Below, piece by piece: positions 29,942 to 39,214 of a stretch of DNA of 64,000 bases; the first letter of the stretch is position 1, and every line of letters starts with the position of its first letter. The DNA is from a virus (Duplodnaviria > Caudoviricetes). The stretch covers positions 36 through 64,035 of IMG/VR virus record IMGVR_UViG_3300031753_000005, one strand, 5' to 3'. The notes beneath the pieces are model-generated. The model saw only the letters and a program-made list of their open reading frames with translations. It searched no databases and was not told where the DNA came from. Both the position numbers and the translations under genes were made by a program.

Positions 29942-30142
29942 TTACTCTGACCATTCAAGGCGCACCTTGTAACCTCCCCAGCGCTCGAGCTCTTTTAGGT
30001 CAAGCTCCAATCCAGGTCGCGGTATCGGGTTGAAGTTTTGGAACATTGCCGTCCATAGCTTTACCCCATCGCTCGCTCGGTAAATCGTTATAGTGGCCGG
30101 CTTTGCCGAGTTGGGATTTCCAAAAAACGGAATGAAATTCAC
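29942..30142 (-). CDS. Antisense small protein (moron)
   Basis: GGAGG RBS on the - strand before GTG. Confidence 0.55.
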   Translation of the reverse strand: MNFIPFFGNPNSAKPATITIYRASDGVKLWTAMFQNFNPIPRPGLELDLKELERWGGYKVRLEWSE

Positions 30143-30218
30143 TCTGGTTCCCTCCAGTGAGCTACCCGTAATCGGGCGACCAGCGTCATCTTGGTCTTTT
30201 TAACTGAGAAAATAACCG

Positions 30219-30950
30219 ATGTCGAGATCCGAAACTTATCTCAGCATGCAATTGACGATCGCCGACGAGCTCGGCGCGAGGACAGACTTGCTCAGTCCGC
30301 TGCCAGGCAGCAACCTGACAACGTCGCCGATCCAGAATGCAATCCAATCGGCGATCGCCAAATGGGAACGCGACTCGTTTTATTTCAATGAAATATACGA
30401 TACGAATTGGTTTACGACCGTAGCCGGGCAAGAATTCTACAATATGACGAATACCCCGGTCGGGGACGCGACTGAGATTGCGTCAATGCCCAAGATTCTG
30501 AAAGTCCATGCACTGGTAAATTCCCAGCGCTATTACCTCAATCCGAGGACATGGCAGTACCTTGAGGAGATCTCGGTAAATCCGAATGTGACGACGACAA
30601 TCCCGATCGATTTTGCCTATTTCGCCTCGCAGATTCGGCTTTATCCTATCCCGGTCGGCGCTATCCCGATGACGGTCTCTGGCAATCAACGACTGGTGTC
30701 GCTGGTAAACCCCACTGATGCGAATGTGTGGACGCAGGACGCCTTTGACCTGATCTGTTGCGAGTCTATGTTGTATCTGGCGCAAAGGGTGCTTCACGAT
30801 GATGCCTTGGCCAGTCGCATGAAGACCTTGATTTACGGCGATCCAAAAGCGCCATTCGTCAACCAGATGGCGTCCGGCTACTACAATGTTCTGAAATTCG
30901 AGACGGCCGATCGCACTGCCGGGCCCAGGATACGTCCGAGCTATTTTTAG
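30219..30950 (+). CDS. Head-tail adaptor / tail tubular protein A-like
   Basis: IADEL..R.DL...IQ.AI...FYFNE...TVAGQEFY...IRLYPIP...NVWTQDA pattern. Confidence 0.8.
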   Translation: MSRSETYLSMQLTIADELGARTDLLSPLPGSNLTTSPIQNAIQSAIAKWERDSFYFNEIYDTNWFTTVAGQEFYNMTNTPVGDATEIASMPKILKVHALVNSQRYYLNPRTWQYLEEISVNPNVTTTIPIDFAYFASQIRLYPIPVGAIPMTVSGNQRLVSLVNPTDANVWTQDAFDLICCESMLYLAQRVLHDDALASRMKTLIYGDPKAPFVNQMASGYYNVLKFETADRTAGPRIRPSYF

Positions 30951-30953
30951 CTA

Positions 30954-31202
30954 ATGAGTAAGATCGCATTCATTGGCGAGCATGTTTCGGTCGCGGCTCT
31001 TTTTGCTCAGATTTTGGAGAGAGAGAAGATGGAGGCGGTCGTTGCGGTCGTCCGGGTCGACGGCTGCTGGTATTCGACATGGAGCAGCGGCATCGATAAC
31101 GGCGGTCTTTCAATGGCGGCAATAAAACTGATGTCGGACGTGCAGGGCCGAATGCACGATGAGCCGCTGACCTGGAGCCCGACGCAAGGGGACGCCGCCT
31201 GA
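30954..31202 (+). CDS. Small hypothetical protein
   Basis: Packed between the adaptor and nozzle genes. Confidence 0.5.
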   Translation: MSKIAFIGEHVSVAALFAQILEREKMEAVVAVVRVDGCWYSTWSSGIDNGGLSMAAIKLMSDVQGRMHDEPLTWSPTQGDAA

Positions 31203-32740
31203 TGCCGACGCCGCCGCCGATCACTCTCCCGATCGCGCCCTACGCGCCTGACCAGCCGGGGGCGCCGGCAGCCCAGGCTGCAAAAAATGTGCGCGGCGTA
31301 TTTCCGCGGACCTCGACGAGCTATGGTGCTATGCCCCAGCCGACGCCGGTCTCTTCCGCGCTCGTCAATCAGTGCCAAGGCATGGGCACATTTCTGGGTT
31401 CGGCGGGGGTGGCGCATGTATTCGCCGGCGATCTGAGTCGCCTGTATCATATAGGGGGCGCCGGCACGACCCTCTCGTTCACCGATGCGTCAGCGGCCGG
31501 CGGATATAACGTCAGCCAGAATGATTTCTGGGAATTCGTTCATTTCAACGGCCAAGTGTTGGCTATTGAATATAACGATCCGATTCAGGCGTTCACATTA
31601 GGTGCCGGCACCCATTTCAACAATCTCGCGGCAGCCGCACCGAAAGCAAAGCATATTGCCGTCATCAAAAATTCGTTCGTGATGGTCGGCAACACGCAAG
31701 ATCCGACGAATGGCGCGAAGGAGCAGCGCGTTTGGTGGTGCGCGGCAGGTGATGCCTCGAATTGGCCAGTGCCTGGCAGCCAAGTGGCCGCTCAATTCCA
31801 GTCTGGTGCCATCGATCTGCTTGGCGATGCCGGGCCCGTGAATGCCCTACGATCAGATCTGACCTCGGCGGATGGTCTTGTTTTCCAGCAAGACTCGTTA
31901 AGGCGCATCGTCTATGTGGGGCCGCCCGCGATCTTCGATTTTCTGCCGGCGCAGAATGGGCGAGGCACCTATTCGCCCTATTCGCCTGTGGTGGTCGGGG
32001 GCAACTGTTATTTCCCGGCCTTTGATGGATTTTATTCGTGCGACGGAGCCAGCGTTTCGCCGATTGGCTCGGATAAAATAAATCGCACCTTCCTCGATGA
32101 TTTGGCCAGCAATTATGCGACTGTGCAGGGCGCGAAGGATCCGATCCGGCAAGTCATATGGTGGTCCTATGCTGGGCAGGGCAGCATAAATGGCGTCCAC
32201 AATAGGATCATCGGCTATTCGTGGCTTTTCGATCGCTGGTGCATTCTCGATGTCGTCGCAGAAGCTATCGGCAACGCCTTTGCTTTTGGCTACACGTTAG
32301 ATCAGCTTTACACGGTGCTCGGCTATACGCTCGACAATTTGCCCGCACCTTTGGATTCCCCGCTATGGCAGGGCGGGACGCAGGTGCTCGGGGTTTTCGA
32401 TAGTTTGCATCAGCTGAATTTCTTTACCGGATCGGCGATGGCGGCGACCGTGGAGACCCAGGAGATGGAGCTTATCCCCGGGCAACGCTCGCTAATTACG
32501 GGTGTGCGACCGTTGGTCGACGGCACAAACGTCCAAACGCCAACGGTGGCGATTCAGCATCGCGAGCTCGGCGAGACGGTGCCGGCCGTGACGCCATATT
32601 CCGCGATCAACTCTCTGGGCAAAGCTCCGGTGCGGACGTCAGGCCGCTATGTGCGGGCCTCGATCTCGATCCCGGCCGGCGGCGATTGGACGAACATTTC
32701 CGGCGCGGCGGTCGACGCGGTGCCACAGGGACAAAGATAG
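31202..32740 (+). CDS. Tail nozzle / packaged-DNA stabilisation protein (beta-propeller)
   Basis: YAPDQP...KNV...; WEFVHFN; RVWW; PIGSDKINRTF; RTSGRY motifs. Confidence 0.82.
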   Translation: MPTPPPITLPIAPYAPDQPGAPAAQAAKNVRGVFPRTSTSYGAMPQPTPVSSALVNQCQGMGTFLGSAGVAHVFAGDLSRLYHIGGAGTTLSFTDASAAGGYNVSQNDFWEFVHFNGQVLAIEYNDPIQAFTLGAGTHFNNLAAAAPKAKHIAVIKNSFVMVGNTQDPTNGAKEQRVWWCAAGDASNWPVPGSQVAAQFQSGAIDLLGDAGPVNALRSDLTSADGLVFQQDSLRRIVYVGPPAIFDFLPAQNGRGTYSPYSPVVVGGNCYFPAFDGFYSCDGASVSPIGSDKINRTFLDDLASNYATVQGAKDPIRQVIWWSYAGQGSINGVHNRIIGYSWLFDRWCILDVVAEAIGNAFAFGYTLDQLYTVLGYTLDNLPAPLDSPLWQGGTQVLGVFDSLHQLNFFTGSAMAATVETQEMELIPGQRSLITGVRPLVDGTNVQTPTVAIQHRELGETVPAVTPYSAINSLGKAPVRTSGRYVRASISIPAGGDWTNISGAAVDAVPQGQR

Positions 32741-33265
32741 ATGCCTCCCACTAATGTCGGCGTAATATATTCTGCCGGGCGAAAAATTCTCCGGCGCATC
32801 GTTGTTCCCGATACTGAGCCTCAGCCATTTGAATGGCAGCAACACACAGTACATCAGGAGAAAATTACCTTAATTCCACATTCTGGTGATTGGAGCCATG
32901 CAGGGTGCATACAAGCAATCGCGCATGCTGAAAATCTCGAAAATATTCCAACAGGTCGGTGCGCTGTTGTGGATAGTGCCGGAAATGTAGTGAGTGTTAT
33001 CTCGGCAGATATACATCTAGATGCCATAGATGGATATTCATTAATCGAATCTGATTTAGCCAATATAGCTGATCACTATAATGTTGAAATCCACAATGAT
33101 TTTTCACGCCGTTATGCGATAGTGAATACGGCTACTAGAATCGTCACAGCGATTTCTTACCTTGCAATCATTGGTGCTATGCCGCCGGATAGTAGTCATT
33201 TTTTAATTAATTCTAATGTATTACAAATTGGCGATGCAGTGCCAATATTGCTACATACTATCTAG
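32741..33265 (+). CDS. Low-GC protein, possible fibre chaperone
   Basis: AT-rich; two AVVD/AIVN..V..I units; precedes the Gly-rich fibre gene. Confidence 0.55.
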   Translation: MPPTNVGVIYSAGRKILRRIVVPDTEPQPFEWQQHTVHQEKITLIPHSGDWSHAGCIQAIAHAENLENIPTGRCAVVDSAGNVVSVISADIHLDAIDGYSLIESDLANIADHYNVEIHNDFSRRYAIVNTATRIVTAISYLAIIGAMPPDSSHFLINSNVLQIGDAVPILLHTI

Positions 33266-33268
33266 CCA

Positions 33269-34252
33269 ATGGCCCGCATTTTTATTCTATCCGGCACTTC
33301 CTGGCCAGTCCCTCCTGATTGGACCTCTTCTAATAGTATTGAGACAATTGGGGCTGGCGGCGGCGGCTCTGACACTGTAACCGGTGTAGCCTACGGCAAT
33401 GGTGGCGGTGGTGGGGAATATCGCTTAGCTAGCAACGTCGCTGGCCTTAGTGGCTCACTGACTATTGGCGTCGGTAGCGGTGGTTTGCATGGATCTGTTG
33501 CTGGGGGTGGGGGCGGTACTTGGTTCAACGGAGCAACACTCGGTGTATCTACTGTTGGCGCTAATGGGGGTGGTGGTGGCACTGATGCAGGCGGTGGCGC
33601 TCCCGGTATAGGTGGGACTGGAGGTCACGGAGGAACTATTAATTGGGATGGTGGTAGCGGTGGCACAGCGGCTCTAGCAAACGCCACAGGTGCTTCGGGC
33701 GGCGGCGGTGCTGCTGGACCATTCGGAGCTGGGCTAGCGGGCGCAGGGAACGCTGGTGCATTCCTTTCTGATACGGGCGGTGCCGGTGGGGGTGGAACTG
33801 GTGACCCAGCAAGTGGAGCGGCAGGGTCCGGGACTGCTGGAAGCATTATTCCAAGTAAGACTGTTGGTGGCACTGGCGGCAAAGGTGAGAATGGCACAGC
33901 GGGGGGGGTTGGTGGTAGCGGCGCAGGTGCCGCTGGCAGTTCTGGATCGCAGGGTTCTGGTGGCGGCGGTGGTGGAAGTTCAGGGACTACTGGGGGCGCT
34001 GGCGGCACTGGGGGCAATGGTATTGAATGGGATGCATCGCATGGGGCTGGTGGCGGTGGTGGGGCTGGCGGCGGCGGCTCTGCGTCGGATGGTGGCTTTG
34101 GCGGTGGTGGTGGCCTTTATGGAGGTGGTGGGGGTGGTGGTGGCTTTTCCGGGAGTGCAAACGTTGGTATAGGTGGCAATGGTGCAAATGGCATTATTGT
34201 CGTGACTTATACGCCTTCGGGTCTATTTCTCTACCCACAAGCCTGCATGTGA
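33269..34252 (+). CDS. Glycine-rich fibre protein
   Basis: SGTSWPVP...IGAGGGG...GGNGANGIIVVTY glycine-rich domain. Confidence 0.8.
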   Translation: MARIFILSGTSWPVPPDWTSSNSIETIGAGGGGSDTVTGVAYGNGGGGGEYRLASNVAGLSGSLTIGVGSGGLHGSVAGGGGGTWFNGATLGVSTVGANGGGGGTDAGGGAPGIGGTGGHGGTINWDGGSGGTAALANATGASGGGGAAGPFGAGLAGAGNAGAFLSDTGGAGGGGTGDPASGAAGSGTAGSIIPSKTVGGTGGKGENGTAGGVGGSGAGAAGSSGSQGSGGGGGGSSGTTGGAGGTGGNGIEWDASHGAGGGGGAGGGGSASDGGFGGGGGLYGGGGGGGGFSGSANVGIGGNGANGIIVVTYTPSGLFLYPQACM

Positions 34253-34279
34253 ACAGGCTCCGATACAGGGACTAGCCAC

Positions 34280-34639
34280 ATGAGAAATTCCCAGCGATCC
34301 AAAGAGTCGTATCTGCTGGTAGACCACCGTGCCAGTCCTGGATTGACGCCCGAGATGGCCCGTCGAATGGGCTATATTCCCGAGCTTGTCGCCGAGGGCA
34401 AGGTATTCGAGGCGCCGACGCTCACTTGCGCGCACTGCCGAACAATCGCGATCATGAACCTGGATCGGACGCGGGCGCGCGGTCGCTGTAACTACTGCGA
34501 CAGCTATGTTTGCGACGTATGCGCGCTGGCGATGATGAGCCCGGATTACATCCATTTACCCTGGCAGAAGCGTGTCGACGACCATATGGACGCCGAGGCT
34601 CGCCCGGACCCGTTCGTGCTGGCACCGATCTTGCGATGA
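34280..34639 (+). CDS. Zn-finger protein
   Basis: CAHC...CNYC...CDVC...H motifs. Confidence 0.7.
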   Translation: MRNSQRSKESYLLVDHRASPGLTPEMARRMGYIPELVAEGKVFEAPTLTCAHCRTIAIMNLDRTRARGRCNYCDSYVCDVCALAMMSPDYIHLPWQKRVDDHMDAEARPDPFVLAPILR

Positions 34640-35406
34640 CCCGTTCGCTCTTCGTCGCGACACCAATGTACGGCGGGCAATGCTACGGCGATTTTGCGGC
34701 TTCGCGGCAAAATCTGCTGGGGCCTTTGACGCAGCGAGGCATATCGGTCAGGACGTGGGGCGTTGCTGATAGCCTCGTCACTCGCGCCAGGAATTATTGC
34801 GCAGCCGAATTCATGAACGGCGACATGACGGATATCCTATTCGCCGACGCCGATGTGTCATTCGAGCCGCAGGGCGTGCTCGACCTGATGTCGCATCCCG
34901 ATAAGGATGTGGTCTGCGGCGCATATCCCAAGAAGGAGATCAATTGGGCTCTGGTGCGGGACGCGGTCAAGCTCGGATTTGCTGACGACGACCCCGCCGT
35001 ATTAGAGAACTTTACCAGCACGTTTTTCTTCCATCCGGTTCATCCCGAATTGCCTCATCAGATTGCCGATCCACTTGAGGTGCGGGAGACGGGAACGGGA
35101 TTCATGCTGATTAGACGGCATGTGCTGGAAGCGTTCCAACATGCTTATCCCGAGCTCTATTATTATTCAAATCCCGACGAGAGAGTGTATCAGGGGCAAA
35201 AAATTCCCTGTTTCTTCGATACCGAAATCGTCAATCATCGATACCTCTCTGAGGATCAGAACTTCTGTCGTTTGGTGATTGCGCTCGGGATGAAGGTGTG
35301 GGTTCTGCCCCACATACAGCTCACGCATTTGGGATATTACAAGTTTATTGGGAATGTCAGCGCAATAACGGCAGTGCAACAGGCTAAGGAGCAATCGAAT
35401 GAATGA
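34636..35406 (+). CDS. GT-A (GT2-like) glycosyltransferase
   Basis: VATPMYGG, SLVTRARN, FADAD (DxD), GAYPKK, GTGFMLIRR, SEDQNFC and L.H.G motifs. Confidence 0.88.
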   Translation: MTRSLFVATPMYGGQCYGDFAASRQNLLGPLTQRGISVRTWGVADSLVTRARNYCAAEFMNGDMTDILFADADVSFEPQGVLDLMSHPDKDVVCGAYPKKEINWALVRDAVKLGFADDDPAVLENFTSTFFFHPVHPELPHQIADPLEVRETGTGFMLIRRHVLEAFQHAYPELYYYSNPDERVYQGQKIPCFFDTEIVNHRYLSEDQNFCRLVIALGMKVWVLPHIQLTHLGYYKFIGNVSAITAVQQAKEQSNE

Positions 35407-35734
35407 TCATCTAGACGCAATTCGCGAGGCATTGGAAGAGTTTGTCCGCAAGCGCGATCCTGTGCCGCAACCCGCCGAAGAGGATTTTGCAAACCTCGAT
35501 GCGTACCATTCCGCACTCGCGGAATGGCTTGCCAGCAGGAGCGCGCGTCGGGACGCGGCCCTCAGCGATGACCTGCGGGGCGCCTTTCGCAACGTTGAAG
35601 ACCTGACTGCGTTTTTTGCCAATCCGCCAGATGTGTTGGCGAGATTGCCATTATCTCCAGAGCCGCCTTTGGTGCCTTCGGAAGCCGGCCCTGTAGTGCA
35701 ACCTGAAGGCATCAGAAATGAAGGACTCGACTGA
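35399..35734 (+). CDS. Acidic hypothetical protein
   Basis: Overlaps both neighbours. Confidence 0.55.
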   Translation: MNDHLDAIREALEEFVRKRDPVPQPAEEDFANLDAYHSALAEWLASRSARRDAALSDDLRGAFRNVEDLTAFFANPPDVLARLPLSPEPPLVPSEAGPVVQPEGIRNEGLD

Positions 35735-36252
35735 TGGCTAAAAGGCTATTTCAAACCAGCAACTGGACGCCAGCGTTGACGGCTGACGCCGCGACACTGG
35801 CGAATGCGTCGTACATGGCAGTAAAGGGCGGCACCACGACCCAATATCTCGATTTTCTCGAATTCTCGATCTCGGGAATGGCCGGCGCGTCGTCTCCAAC
35901 TCCGCTGACCTTCGCTCGCTCCTCGACCTTGGCAGTTGGGCCGAGCGCGTTGGCGGCCCCCGCGAGCGACGGCCCAGCCAATCCGTTTACTGCAGCCCTT
36001 GGCACGGCTCCCGTTTCATTTACGGCGGTCGCAACTACGGGGGGTCAGCGATCGGGCGCGACTACCGACGCTAAGCTGCAGCTCGGGATCAATGCGTTCG
36101 GCGGGATTCTCCGTTGGAGTGCCGCGCCTGGACAGCAGTTCAGCTCTTACGGCAACGCTGTGACGTCGCCAGCCGGCGAGTCATATCTGTCGGCTCAGAA
36201 CTACGGCACGGCGGGATTGATCCAGGCGTCTATAATATACGAGCCGATGTGA
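35734..36252 (+). CDS. Ala/Thr/Ser-rich beta-sandwich virion protein
   Basis: AAGGA RBS; INAFGGILRW motif; C-terminal IIYEP. Confidence 0.7.
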   Translation: MAKRLFQTSNWTPALTADAATLANASYMAVKGGTTTQYLDFLEFSISGMAGASSPTPLTFARSSTLAVGPSALAAPASDGPANPFTAALGTAPVSFTAVATTGGQRSGATTDAKLQLGINAFGGILRWSAAPGQQFSSYGNAVTSPAGESYLSAQNYGTAGLIQASIIYEPM

Positions 36253-36283
36253 GTTCCGCAACGCCGCGGGCCTGGAGTATGGA

Positions 36284-36526
36284 ATGATGAAGCACAAGTG
36301 GAATTCTGACTCCGTCTCATGGCTTGATGGTCCAGATGCTGTTCCTGCCCCAATGTGCTCTCTTCGCCTTCCATGTAAGTGCGGCGAGGTGGCTCTCTAT
36401 AAAGAGGCGGTCGGGAGATTCTACGTGGACTCTGCGACTCTCAAAAAAGGCACAATCAGGGTGGGAAGCGCCGAGGAAGCGATCAGAAGGTGGCATCAAA
36501 TTGAGGCGGGAAGCTCGTCGCAGTGA
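36284..36526 (+). CDS. Small hypothetical protein
   Basis: PCKCG...AEEAIRRW pattern (Lar-like Zn ribbon remnant). Confidence 0.45.
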   Translation: MMKHKWNSDSVSWLDGPDAVPAPMCSLRLPCKCGEVALYKEAVGRFYVDSATLKKGTIRVGSAEEAIRRWHQIEAGSSSQ

Positions 36527-39204
36527 CGTTCCGACCGCCGGTCATCGTTCCGCGATGGGAGGTCGATCCGGCGGGCATAACCCGCAAATCGCAGGATGGC
36601 GTCCGCGCCAATCTTCTGCTGACGACGCTGCGCTCGCGCGATCGTATCTACGAAGCTCAAGGGCAGGGGATCCCGCAATATGACTGGCCAACTCCGCCCC
36701 CGGCTCGCCAACCCGAGCGGTCATGGTCGTCAGGAGCTCTTGTCCTCTCTACCCTACAAAGCCGGGATACAATCTACGGCCCTCAAGGCAAGGGGGTTCC
36801 GCAATATGACTGGCCAACTCCACCGCCGGCTCGCCAGCCAGATCGCTCGTGGTCATCTGGCAGCCTCGTGGTCTCGACCCTATACGGTCTTGATCGGGTC
36901 TATGGGCCTCCAGGCGAGGGTATTCCTCAATATGATTTCCCCACCCCGCCGCCTGCGTATCAGCCCACGAGGTCTTTCGTTGCTCCGTTCAGGCTCGGAG
37001 CGGATGCGAAGCTGCTTAACCAGAATTATGATTATCCCACGCCACCGCCTCCTCTGCCGAGAGATAGGTTTTACGGGCAAACACTTGTTTCCCTTACTCT
37101 CAATAGTCAAGACGCAAGCACACGAGGAGCGCCGTTCTATGATTTGACGAATAGGGGTTTCGTCCAGCCGGATCGTTCTTATTCGCAGAATATACCCAAA
37201 CCCCTATATGGCCAACCACCATCGCCTTTTGCTCAATACGACTGGCCGTTGCCGCGGTCGCCAATACAGCCCGATCGGTTCTATTTTAGCGATCTGCTGT
37301 TCGCCACCCTGCTGCATAAAGACGCACTGATTAACGGCGCGCAATTTACTGACTTGGCGAAAACGCCCGCCCCGCCTGACCGGACTTATGTTCAGCCCGG
37401 AATCAAGATCAATCCAATACCGCGCAATCAATTTGATTGGCCTGTTCCCCAGGTACCGCTCCAGCCCGATCGCGCATACTCCCAGACGCTGAACTATTTG
37501 ACCCTTGCTAGCCAGGACGCCACTGGAGCCAGCGGCGGTCTATCCGGCTCCTCTGTTGGGCCAATGGAGTTGCCACGAGCGGCGTTACAGCCAGACCGCA
37601 ACTATTACACATACCCTCAGCTGTTCTCACTTGTAACTCCGCTCGTCGGGCCGATTTCTGGGGCGCCGATTTCATCTGGCCCAATCACCGGTAGCCCGCC
37701 GGGCCCGATTATCCAGATTCCGCTGCACAATGTTTCATTCGAATTGCCCCGCGTTCCGCTGCCACCGAATCGAGGCTATTCGCAAACTCTGTCATCAAGC
37801 ACATTGCTGCACAACGACAGGATGTTAGCCGGTCGCCAAACAAGCGAAATTCCCCAAACGCCTGTTCAGCCAAATCGATCGTTCATTTCATTCGTCAACC
37901 CGGCAGTCGTTGTGTTTCCGTTTTCTCAGGTGGACTGGTCGGTGCCACGGATAGCTCTGCAACCGGAGCGATCCTGGCAACAAAACCTTATCTCTAACAC
38001 ATTGCAGAATCGCGATACGCTTATATTCAGTAAGCAGGAAGCGGTAATGCCGCTGATCCCGGTTCGCGCAGTGCAGACGATTATGTTTCGGCCGTCGCCG
38101 GCGACGATTCCTCCAGTGCCATTTGCCCAGCTTGACTGGCCTCTTCCCAAGACAGCATTGCAGCCGGAGCGGTCGTGGTGGCAGGCTCTGGTCGCCGGCA
38201 CACTCAAGAGCCAAGATGCAGCGCGAGCCGTAGGTCAAGCCGGGGAGTTACCGCGCTCGGTCATTCAGCCAGATCGCAGCTACCTGCAGAATACGGCACT
38301 TGTTAGCTATGCGGCGCAAATCCCATTTGCTCAACTCGATTGGCCTATTCCAAAGGTGCCGCTGCAACCCGACCGCTCCTGGTGGCAAGACCTTGTCTTC
38401 GCGACGCTTTACAATCAGGACGCAAGGGTGGCCGGTGCTCAGCTGATTCAGGAGCTCGCGAAAAGCCCACTCCAGCCGGATCGCTCGTTTGTACGCGTCA
38501 CTCTCCTCCCCGCGATCAGCTTTCCTCCATCACCTTTTGCTCAGCGCGACTGGCCGCTGCCGACGAGAGCCGTTCAGCCTGAGAGATTTTGGTCGCAAGC
38601 TCTAATCTCGCTCACGCTGTTTGGTAAGGACGTAAGAATAATCAGCACACAATCCGCTGAATTGACAAATATAGGGACTCTCCAGCCGGAGCGGTTCTGG
38701 CAGCAAGATCTCATCATCGATACGCTGTTCGGCCAAGATGCGATAATTACCAGAGGACAGCTGGCTGATTTGGCAAACGGAACATTTCAGCCCGATCGCT
38801 TCTATGCGCGAGGGATGGATGCTCTCATATTTCAATTGTTATTCCCATTCCAGCCTCCCGCGCCGGCGCCGGCATTAGTGGTCACAGGATATCCGGCTGT
38901 GCCGCTATGGCAGACGAGTTCGCCTCAGACGTGGTCGGCGCGAATAGGCGACATCTTGAGCAAGGTCCAGCAAGGCAAGCAGAACGTCACGCTGAAAATC
39001 ACGCTGGCGGCCGGCACATCGACCGTCGTCATCGATCCCCGGATAAGCGCAACATCTGCGCTGACTTTCACGCCGCTGACGGCCGATGCCGCCGCAATCC
39101 TAAGCAGCATCTATGTGAGCGCCCAACGGGCCGGCCGGGCCACGCTGATATATAGCAGCACGGCGAAGACGGATTGTACCTTCACCCTACTTATTCAAGG
39201 GTAA
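36523..39204 (+). CDS. Pro-rich tandem-repeat protein with C-terminal tail-associated domain
   Basis: About 19 QP[DE]R-aromatic repeats, many preceded by Q.DWP.P; last ~90 aa (QGKQNV...TLAAG..T...DPRI...P.TA.AA) resemble a small podovirus tail protein. Confidence 0.8.
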   Translation: MTFRPPVIVPRWEVDPAGITRKSQDGVRANLLLTTLRSRDRIYEAQGQGIPQYDWPTPPPARQPERSWSSGALVLSTLQSRDTIYGPQGKGVPQYDWPTPPPARQPDRSWSSGSLVVSTLYGLDRVYGPPGEGIPQYDFPTPPPAYQPTRSFVAPFRLGADAKLLNQNYDYPTPPPPLPRDRFYGQTLVSLTLNSQDASTRGAPFYDLTNRGFVQPDRSYSQNIPKPLYGQPPSPFAQYDWPLPRSPIQPDRFYFSDLLFATLLHKDALINGAQFTDLAKTPAPPDRTYVQPGIKINPIPRNQFDWPVPQVPLQPDRAYSQTLNYLTLASQDATGASGGLSGSSVGPMELPRAALQPDRNYYTYPQLFSLVTPLVGPISGAPISSGPITGSPPGPIIQIPLHNVSFELPRVPLPPNRGYSQTLSSSTLLHNDRMLAGRQTSEIPQTPVQPNRSFISFVNPAVVVFPFSQVDWSVPRIALQPERSWQQNLISNTLQNRDTLIFSKQEAVMPLIPVRAVQTIMFRPSPATIPPVPFAQLDWPLPKTALQPERSWWQALVAGTLKSQDAARAVGQAGELPRSVIQPDRSYLQNTALVSYAAQIPFAQLDWPIPKVPLQPDRSWWQDLVFATLYNQDARVAGAQLIQELAKSPLQPDRSFVRVTLLPAISFPPSPFAQRDWPLPTRAVQPERFWSQALISLTLFGKDVRIISTQSAELTNIGTLQPERFWQQDLIIDTLFGQDAIITRGQLADLANGTFQPDRFYARGMDALIFQLLFPFQPPAPAPALVVTGYPAVPLWQTSSPQTWSARIGDILSKVQQGKQNVTLKITLAAGTSTVVIDPRISATSALTFTPLTADAAAILSSIYVSAQRAGRATLIYSSTAKTDCTFTLLIQG

Positions 39205-39214
39205 TGAGCTGACA

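Noticed and set aside
36670-36960. 126-bp periodic DNA repeats as a CRISPR array or DGR template/variable pair
   Set aside because: The repeats are in-frame coding units with synonymous variation; there are no unique spacers, no cas genes and no reverse transcriptase in the genome.
36523-39204. Repeat protein as a multi-core RiPP precursor
   Set aside because: No peptidase or recognisable RiPP maturase nearby, and the C-terminal domain and context are virion-structural.
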